From positions 1 to 64,000 of IMG/VR virus record IMGVR_UViG_3300034072_002211: 64,000 nt of DNA, one strand, 5' to 3'. Below the pieces are notes generated by a model, which saw only the letters and a list, made by a program, of their open reading frames with translations, was not told the origin of the DNA and did no database searches. Positions 54,230-60,668 of the stretch are shown here, one piece after another. Every line of letters starts with the position of its first letter. Position 1 is the stretch's first letter. Both the position numbers and the translations under genes were made by a program.

Positions 54230-55361
54230 AGCGATACTGCTCACCATGTCCCATCAGAATGTCGATGGTGCGGTCAATGCTCTTGTGCTGGTCGTCAGCC
54301 GCATAGCTGACTTCTGAGTCATCGAGCGTGGTCAGCAGGTAGTTCATCTTGTTCACTGCGTCTTCAATCGACCATGGCACAAAGAGGTGCTTGGCCGAGT
54401 TGTTGAGCGCCTGTGGGAAGCTGCGGAAAGCAGGACAAAGCGACAGCGTGCCAAGTGCCGAAGCCTCGTTCAGGGTGTTGCTCTGCCAGTCCTGGCGAGC
54501 GCAGTTGAACTGAAGCTGCGAGTCTGCGAGGATCTCATAATACTCGCTCTTCTTCAGACCAGTCTTGATGACCAGCTTGCCCTCGGCAGCGAGACGCTCA
54601 GCGCGTTCCACATACTCAGGGTGAGTCGAGCGCAGCTTCTGCGAACCAGTGAGGATCCAGAACTCGTAGCCACGTTCCACGAAGTCACTCTGCTCAATGA
54701 GATCCATGAGGAACCATGGCTGCTTCTCATAGTCAAAGCGCGAGCTGTAGATAATGCGCTTCTTGCGCGCATGAAGCGGCTTGAGAGCCTGCCAACCACC
54801 AACTCGGCTGCGGACTTCCTCACGGTCGAACGGCAAGCCAGTGACGTAGAGTGGGGCTTCCAGGCACGCAATACGCATGTGGGGACCCATCTCAGTGTTG
54901 GCCATCAGAATGCCGTCACAGGTCTTGCTGACCAGCTGCTCAAAGTCACGCATCCAGTTGCGCCATGGGAACACAAAGTCATCGGGATCGATGCTCTGTG
55001 CCAGGTTGCGCGTGAAGACCTTGGGCTTCTTTTCAGCGGGCAGCTGGTTCATGATGTAGGGCAGCGATTCATAGCCGGGCTGGAACAGATCTTCGCTGAA
55101 GATCACGTCGTTGCCACCGACTTCACCGCTTTCCATGAGGCGGACCAGCTCTGCCATCTGGGTCATCGACCAATAGCAACGACCATGGGCATCGAGGACC
55201 TGTCCGGTCTTGATGTCCTTGTCTTCGCGCAGGGTGCGACCATGAACGGTCAGGAATGGAATGCCGCGCTCCTTGAACCTGCTCTCATTCCAGTCCTTGA
55301 GCTGTAGCGTGTAACGCTCCTCATAGGGTTCCAGAGGCAGGTAGACAATACGCTTGGTCAT
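54219..55361 (-). CDS. GT-B fold glycosyltransferase
   Basis: IIYSSRFDYEKQP, YYEILADS...NTLNEASALG...PAFRSFP (family-1-like nucleotide-sugar motif). Confidence 0.75.
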   Translation of the reverse strand: MTKRIVYLPLEPYEERYTLQLKDWNESRFKERGIPFLTVHGRTLREDKDIKTGQVLDAHGRCYWSMTQMAELVRLMESGEVGGNDVIFSEDLFQPGYESLPYIMNQLPAEKKPKVFTRNLAQSIDPDDFVFPWRNWMRDFEQLVSKTCDGILMANTEMGPHMRIACLEAPLYVTGLPFDREEVRSRVGGWQALKPLHARKKRIIYSSRFDYEKQPWFLMDLIEQSDFVERGYEFWILTGSQKLRSTHPEYVERAERLAAEGKLVIKTGLKKSEYYEILADSQLQFNCARQDWQSNTLNEASALGTLSLCPAFRSFPQALNNSAKHLFVPWSIEDAVNKMNYLLTTLDDSEVSYAADDQHKSIDRTIDILMGHGEQYRYAG

Positions 55362-55373
55362 TTGGTTCTCCTT

Positions 55374-55745
55374 TTACGCCTTGACGGCGTATTCTGCGAA
55401 CGAACCATTCTCACCATCTTCGCTAACTTCGATAGTGATGTGACGCCCAGGATACTTCGCAGTAATCTGAGCGTAGAGGTCGTCGCTGATCATTTCGCAG
55501 CTCTTGTAATCAAGCTGCAGGGTACCCTCGCTGTAGAGGCCTTCGAGCCAACGCTTGAACTGGATGAACTCCAGGTCGCGGTCGTCGTGGAAGACCTCAA
55601 TCCACACCTTGAACTTGAACATATGGCGGTGCGGATAACCCAGAAACTGAACGTCCTCTAGGTTAGGATCCGTAAGGGCTGCGGGATATTTGTGGATACC
55701 TTCCTTCTGAAAGGTCACCCAGATCATCTTGAAGTTTTCGGTCAT
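55374..55745 (-). CDS. queD: QueD/6-pyruvoyl-tetrahydropterin synthase-like T-fold protein
   Basis: EGIHKYP...HRHMF (Zn ligands), DRDLEFI, SCEMI, IEVSEDGENG; clustered with folE/queE. Confidence 0.7.
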   Translation of the reverse strand: MTENFKMIWVTFQKEGIHKYPAALTDPNLEDVQFLGYPHRHMFKFKVWIEVFHDDRDLEFIQFKRWLEGLYSEGTLQLDYKSCEMISDDLYAQITAKYPGRHITIEVSEDGENGSFAEYAVKA

Positions 55746-55781
55746 ATCCTGTTGTAACAGAACTGGTGACCGCTGGTCAAT

Positions 55782-56006
55782 TTACATCCACGTCAACTTG
55801 AACAACATCGCCTTCTGAGGGTCCTGGAACCAGATGGCTTCTACCGCGGCACCATTTCCAACTAGGCTATGGCGAGCCTTATTTTGAGACAACCAGGAGA
55901 CTATCTCAGGCTTCAAGGCAATGCGCTTGTGCTTGAACTCGTAGGGATCGCCTTTAAAGGAGGCCCATTCCCAGTGGTCCTTATACCTGATAGGAACTAT
56001 GGGCAT
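55782..56006 (-). CDS. Hypothetical protein, FxxxxDAxxFKL family
   Basis: Start MPIVP with GGAGG; LKPEIVSWL...WFQDPQKAMLFKLTWM. Confidence 0.7.
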   Translation of the reverse strand: MPIVPIRYKDHWEWASFKGDPYEFKHKRIALKPEIVSWLSQNKARHSLVGNGAAVEAIWFQDPQKAMLFKLTWM

Positions 56007-56418
56007 ATGATCCCTCCGCACCAAGTCGCCTGCGAATCTCAGCATCACTGATTGCGGCAACATTCCACACTGAGGCAAAATATCGCGCATCTTTGGTGCT
56101 TGTAAAGAAGAGGATCACGTCAGTGCCTTGCTGAACACCTGGACGCTTTTTGATCCTGAGCGCGTATTTCTTATAGACCATATTGCGCTGCTTGAGCCAA
56201 CGAGTGATCTCAGGGTTAACTCGCATTGTCCAGTTGCCATTGCCTGGATATTCGGGATTGTTGGATTCCCAACGCCAATGCTCACGACGCTTTAGGACAA
56301 CACCTACATCCAGGAAAGCTTGAACAGGATTGCCTGCTTTCTGTCGTGAACGTGAAGCATAGCGTTGAGTCCGCCTGTTGGCGTTAACGTGTAGGCCACC
56401 CTGTTCAACACCAACCAC
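55981..56418 (-). CDS. Hypothetical protein, FKL family (true start uncertain, likely downstream of tracked start)
   Basis: VNPEITRWLKQ...LFFTSTKDARYF. Confidence 0.5.
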   Translation of the reverse strand: MVGVEQGGLHVNANRRTQRYASRSRQKAGNPVQAFLDVGVVLKRREHWRWESNNPEYPGNGNWTMRVNPEITRWLKQRNMVYKKYALRIKKRPGVQQGTDVILFFTSTKDARYFASVWNVAAISDAEIRRRLGAEGSYAHSSYQV

Positions 56419-56528
56419 CGAAGGACTTCCTCTTTAAGAACCAACTGGCTACGACGATATGTCACATACTCAGATTCAAGATGCCGCTTGTCTAGTGCGA
56501 ACATCTGATCCAGAGCGGTTATATCCAT
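56304..56528 (-). CDS. Hypothetical protein, FKL family
   Basis: LKEEVLRWL...VHDRKQAILFKLSWM; ends TAG. Confidence 0.7.
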   Translation of the reverse strand: MDITALDQMFALDKRHLESEYVTYRRSQLVLKEEVLRWLVLNRVAYTLTPTGGLNAMLHVHDRKQAILFKLSWM

Positions 56529-56803
56529 GTGAGCTTGAATAGAGCCGCGTGGTTGTCTTGTTCAAATATGATTTTGCTCTGCCCACCGCCCTTGAGATTG
56601 AGGCGGTAGGGAAAGCCCATAGTGTCAAGCCATTCTTGGATCTCAGGCTTGAGGCGCCGCTTGGGCATTTGCCTGGTGTTGGGCTGACGTGGTTCGTTCT
56701 CGGGGATAGTCCAGTGAACGTTGAAATAAAGCCTGAACGACCGACGCCTGCGCTCTTTGTAGATCGCAGGGTCAGTCCATTTCTCAGGCAGTCTTTCGGG
56801 CAT
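56519..56803 (-). CDS. Hypothetical protein, FKL family
   Basis: LKPEIQEWL...IFEQDNHAALFKLTWI. Confidence 0.7.
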   Translation of the reverse strand: MPERLPEKWTDPAIYKERRRRSFRLYFNVHWTIPENEPRQPNTRQMPKRRLKPEIQEWLDTMGFPYRLNLKGGGQSKIIFEQDNHAALFKLTWI

Positions 56804-57359
56804 ACTTGTTCCAGATCATCATGTCGAAGTCTGCTACAGTCATCTTGGCCTGGTCCGCAAGCTTGATGAATTGCTCCTCAAGCTTCTTGTAGGTTGGACC
56901 AGCGGGTGGAGTGCCCTTCTGCGTAGTCAGACCCAAATCGCGCATGTGACGGATCATGTGGGTGTCGAGGGCAGCAACGCGAGCGCCCTTGCGGGTGTGG
57001 AGAACATAGAAACGCGAGGTCTTGGCACCAACGCCGGGGATGGTTTCCAGCTGGTCAGTGGTGACCGTCTTCATGTCGAACTGAAGCGAGTCCTTGAACA
57101 CGCGCTCCAAGCGTGTGAACTGACCCAAGCGGCTGTCCTTGATGCGCTGAAGGAGAACATTCGTGTCCACCATCCACTGGATCTTCTCAAAGGGCGTTGC
57201 GTCCTTGAGTTCATCGGGAATGTCAGTGGTCAAGAAACGCTCAAGCGCCTTGGCCTGAACCGTAGCAGTCTTACCGGCAACCACAACGCTGAACAACCAG
57301 TATTCCTGAAGTTCAGCGAGCGAGCGGTCGTAGTTCGTCACATCACTGGGATCAATCAC
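56784..57359 (-). CDS. Helix-hairpin-helix DNA glycosylase-like protein (HhH-GPD)
   Basis: LETIPGVGAKTSRF (HhH with Lys), AALDTHMIR, YKKLE...DFDMMIW. Confidence 0.8.
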   Translation of the reverse strand: MIDPSDVTNYDRSLAELQEYWLFSVVVAGKTATVQAKALERFLTTDIPDELKDATPFEKIQWMVDTNVLLQRIKDSRLGQFTRLERVFKDSLQFDMKTVTTDQLETIPGVGAKTSRFYVLHTRKGARVAALDTHMIRHMRDLGLTTQKGTPPAGPTYKKLEEQFIKLADQAKMTVADFDMMIWNKYARKTA

Positions 57360-57361
57360 GC

Positions 57362-57841
57362 TTATTCTCCTAGTAGCTCAATCGCACGGCGCTTGAAACC
57401 ATCCCAATCAATGCCACCGATGATGGGGCGTTCGTTGGCACGAACCCATCGCTGGCACATCATGACCATTGCTTCCTCGAGGGCAGCATCTTCGTCACGG
57501 ATTGGAAGGTTGTGGGCAAGGTTCCAGAGAATGGGCGAGACATCGCCATAGAAGATTTCACCAACGAGGTGATGAAAGACTTCATGCTCCCTAGCATAGC
57601 GCCAAATGTCGTCCCCATAGCCAGTGCGATGGGAAATCACATGATAGTGATGCGTGTCATGGGCATGAGCACCATATTCAGTGCCATCCCAGAAATAGGA
57701 CATACAACCCCAGTCCACATACTCGACGCGGACATCTTCGTTGATCTGAATAGTAGTCATTCGATCTGGGGGAGGCGCCCCTCCCCGCCTTCTGCCTGCT
57801 CTCGGGACACGCGGTCCCTCGGTGCGTTGCTCCGGAATCAC
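57362..57841 (-). CDS. Hypothetical protein with HE-x-x-H-H metal-binding-like motif (start uncertain)
   Basis: REHEVFHH; N-terminal 27 aa may be non-coding (alternative start MTTIQ). Confidence 0.6.
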   Translation of the reverse strand: MIPEQRTEGPRVPRAGRRRGGAPPPDRMTTIQINEDVRVEYVDWGCMSYFWDGTEYGAHAHDTHHYHVISHRTGYGDDIWRYAREHEVFHHLVGEIFYGDVSPILWNLAHNLPIRDEDAALEEAMVMMCQRWVRANERPIIGGIDWDGFKRRAIELLGE

Positions 57842-57944
57842 CTCCTCAGGTATAATGTATGGCAGGCTCCAGCAAAGCGTTGTGCTTCCTATGATGTCCT
57901 AAGACCCCACCTTTATACAGGTAGGGCCCAGGCCAGTCATTATT

Positions 57945-59435
57945 TCACCAACGCTGACTGATCAGCATTCCAGGGAAGAATCGCCCCCAGATACTCTCCG
58001 TGATGAAGGGCATGATGGGATGGAACAGCTTGAGGAGGATTCGCAATCCGTCCATGAGCGCGGACAATGCCTCGGCATCATCAGCGTAGAGCCGTTCCTT
58101 GATGTCCTCGAGGTATGAGCCGCAGAAGTCATCGAAGAGAATCCTCCGGCACTCAATAGCTGCCTTGCTGAACTCGAGATCCTTATAGAGGGCTCGAATA
58201 TGCTCCTGTCGCTCCCTGAGATGCTCTAGCAGGGCCTCATCGCGCTCATGTGTGCTCGACATAGCCGTGATACCGATACGTCTCAGATGGTGCTCAGCGA
58301 AGCGAGCAGCATTCCACAACTTGGTCGCTGTGGCTTTACCAGCTTGGAACTTCTCGTCCCACATCTTCATGTCTTGTGCTGGCTGAGTTGCCTCCGCAAG
58401 AGCATACCGCATTGCGTCGCAACCATAGCGGTCGATAATGGTTAGCGGATCAATACCGTTGCCCAGACTTTTGCTCATCTTGCGACCCTGCTTGTCACGC
58501 ATGATCCCGTGGAGGTAGATTGTCTGGAATGGCATCTTGTCTGTGAGGAGCAGACCCATCATCAGCATACGGGCGCACCAGAAGAACAGAATGTCGTCCG
58601 CGGTTTCAATCATGTCCGCAGGATAGAACTTCCGCATGTCTGGAGTATCGTTGGGCCAGCCAAGAGTGGCAAAGGGCCACAGGGCTGAGCTGAACCAAGT
58701 GTCCAAGCATCCTTCCTCACGCTGGTAACCTTCGGGACCCTCTAGACCAATGAAGATCTTCTCGCCCTTGGTCCAGATGGGAAGTTTGTGACCCCAACGG
58801 ATCTGACGGCTGATATTCCAGGGCTCGATGTTGTCCAAGAAGTGGATCAATGTCTTGTTCTCATGCTCAGGAATGATCTTGAGCTCACCCCGTATCATAC
58901 GATTTCTCAATTCCTTTGCAGGAATACGCATGTCGATAAACCACTGATTATCAGTGGTATAAAGGAGGCCTTGTGCGTGGATGCGGGCCAAAGCTTCAAT
59001 CACAGCATCGGAATATGATTTGTCGAGAGTAAAGGTATAGCGCGACCAATCACAGGATGCGCCAGTGCGGCGGATCTGCTGGTTGATCTCACCAGACAAG
59101 TTGGCCTTGTAGGTCTCCGCGAACGCGTCGAAGGCGGGACCCTTGGGATCCAAACCTTGAGCCAACATGGCTTCGTCCAGCTTTTGCTGAGTTGCTAGAC
59201 CCGCGTGATCAGTGCCAGGAAGCCATAGAGCTGCCTTGCCCTCAAAGCGAGCGTTGCGGATAGAGATGTCTTGAAGGGTTGTGAAAAGCGCGTGCCCCAT
59301 ATGGAGTTTGCCCGTGATATTGGGCGGGGGCATCGGGATAAAGTAGGGCTCTTGGCCCTCGGGCTTGAATGCGCCGCTTGCTTCCCACTTGTGATAGATG
59401 GACGCTTCTTCAGTGTGATCGAAGCGTTTGGTCAG
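57945..59435 (-). CDS. valS: Minimal valyl-tRNA synthetase lacking the CP1 editing domain and C-terminal coiled coil; non-canonical start
   Basis: PPPNITGKLHMGH, DHAGLATQ, WNISRQIRWGH, LDTWFSSALWP, DILFFW, KMSKS; ValRS-like N-terminus (KRFDHTEEASIYHKWEASGAF) extends 34 codons above tracked ATG to CTG 59435. Confidence 0.88.
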   Translation of the reverse strand: MTKRFDHTEEASIYHKWEASGAFKPEGQEPYFIPMPPPNITGKLHMGHALFTTLQDISIRNARFEGKAALWLPGTDHAGLATQQKLDEAMLAQGLDPKGPAFDAFAETYKANLSGEINQQIRRTGASCDWSRYTFTLDKSYSDAVIEALARIHAQGLLYTTDNQWFIDMRIPAKELRNRMIRGELKIIPEHENKTLIHFLDNIEPWNISRQIRWGHKLPIWTKGEKIFIGLEGPEGYQREEGCLDTWFSSALWPFATLGWPNDTPDMRKFYPADMIETADDILFFWCARMLMMGLLLTDKMPFQTIYLHGIMRDKQGRKMSKSLGNGIDPLTIIDRYGCDAMRYALAEATQPAQDMKMWDEKFQAGKATATKLWNAARFAEHHLRRIGITAMSSTHERDEALLEHLRERQEHIRALYKDLEFSKAAIECRRILFDDFCGSYLEDIKERLYADDAEALSALMDGLRILLKLFHPIMPFITESIWGRFFPGMLISQRW

Positions 59436-59452
59436 ACTTCCAACGTGGTCAT
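59432..59452 (-). CDS. Putative leader peptide MTTLEV coupled to valS
   Basis: GGAGG-N8-ATG ACC ACG TTG GAA GTC TGA; TGA overlaps valS-frame CTG as CTGA. Confidence 0.45.
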   Translation of the reverse strand: MTTLEV

Positions 59453-59476
59453 TTCGTTATCCTCCAGATAAGAGTA

Positions 59477-59506
59477 TAGGGAGAGTGGAACAATCCACTC
59501 TCCCTA
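59477..59506 (-). terminator. 13-bp hairpin between clamp and valS
   Basis: TAGGGAGAGTGGA-acaa-TCCACTCTCCCTA. Confidence 0.65.
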
Positions 59507-59535
59507 CTTATAGCATCGCGCTGGGCGCGATCCTA

Positions 59536-60291
59536 TTACTTCTTGCGCGCTGGCAGAATGTAGCGATACTCAGCAGTTGCGCTGGTCATGGTGATCTGGA
59601 GAGCACCACGCGAGCTGAACTGAAGCTTGAGGTTCTCTTCAGCACCCAGCTTGAGGATCGAGAGAACGCTCTGGATTGGCCAGTGCAGGTCGCCGCCCAG
59701 CGTGCCTTCAACGTCGTCGTTGATGGTCAGGAACGCGCGGTGCATGGACGAACCCTCTTCACCGATGTAGAAGCGCAGCTCGTTCTTGCCTTCGTCGCTC
59801 TTCACGGTCTTGACAGTGAAGTAGCTCTCGAACTGGCTGTAGAGGGTGGCCAGTGCCTGCAGTTCCTTCAGCTTGGAAGCCGAAGGGTCAACCTCAACGT
59901 CCCACTGAGTGCCAAGGAACTTGGCCTGCTCTGGAATGAGGTCAGTTGCCATCAGGCGGTAAGAAGCCGACGACTTGGTGGTTGCGTTGTGGAAGCTGAT
60001 CTCCTCGGGGACCTGCTTGCCATTGCGCTCACGACGCTTGACGTCAACGCTGACGCCGTCGCCTTTGTAGAGAGCCGAGCCAACGAGACCCTGGATCAGG
60101 CTCAGGTTGCTCATGCCGAATTCGCCCTTGAGATTGGTCTCAGGGGTCAGAAGCTTGCCCTTGACAATGACGGTACGCTCATTGTCCATGGCCTCAACCA
60201 GGGTCTCTTCTTCGCTTCCCGTGATCTTCACGGTTTCGATGAAGCCCAGACCGCCGGTGTGCTTTACGATATCCTGGATTGTTTCACGCAT
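59536..60291 (-). CDS. Probable DNA polymerase sliding clamp (gp45-like)
   Basis: 251 aa predicted beta-rich; ends LQITMTSATAEYRYILPA as in clamps; adjacent to polymerase. Confidence 0.6.
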   Translation of the reverse strand: MRETIQDIVKHTGGLGFIETVKITGSEEETLVEAMDNERTVIVKGKLLTPETNLKGEFGMSNLSLIQGLVGSALYKGDGVSVDVKRRERNGKQVPEEISFHNATTKSSASYRLMATDLIPEQAKFLGTQWDVEVDPSASKLKELQALATLYSQFESYFTVKTVKSDEGKNELRFYIGEEGSSMHRAFLTINDDVEGTLGGDLHWPIQSVLSILKLGAEENLKLQFSSRGALQITMTSATAEYRYILPARKK

Positions 60292-60362
60292 GTGGGATTT
60301 TATCCTTCTGTGTTGCTTGCCACCAATCTACAAAGACTGGTGGCAAGAGTCAATAATTGGTG

Positions 60363-60668
60363 TTAGATGACGCGAACTTCGCACTGGCCGCCGTGGCGGG
60401 TGGTGCCGTTTGCGTAAACAGCGACTTCATAGCCGTCCGCTTCAACGGTCTTAGCGAAGGTGTGGAACGCGGCCACATCATCTTCGTCAATGATCCAGTT
60501 GGCAGACTTGCGGTTGAAGCCTTCTGCGATGATGTAACCGGCCCAGCGGAGGTTAGGGAATTGGGCGAACAGGAGTTCTCCCGTCCGACGCTCGCTGGTG
60601 ACCAGCTCTTCACGGCTTGGGGCCTTGGTCTTGTTGATCAGGATTACTCTGTTCATTTCATTCCTCAA
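60363..60668 (-). CDS. Hypothetical protein
   Basis: 101 aa, ATGA-coupled to polymerase. Confidence 0.65.
   Translation of the reverse strand: MRNEMNRVILINKTKAPSREELVTSERRTGELLFAQFPNLRWAGYIIAEGFNRKSANWIIDEDDVAAFHTFAKTVEADGYEVAVYANGTTRHGGQCEVRVI

Noticed and set aside
57841-57940. ATG 57940 ... TAG 57899-57901 in frame with the 57362 ORF (another amber read-through candidate)
   Set aside because: No RBS, non-coding-like codons and the downstream ORF's own N-terminus looks non-coding; probably chance, but worth re-checking if read-through is confirmed.
59432-59437. prfB-like +1 frameshift at GTC TGA C in valS leader
   Set aside because: Joining the valS frame needs -1, not +1, and there is no CTT-TGA slippery site or internal SD at prfB spacing.
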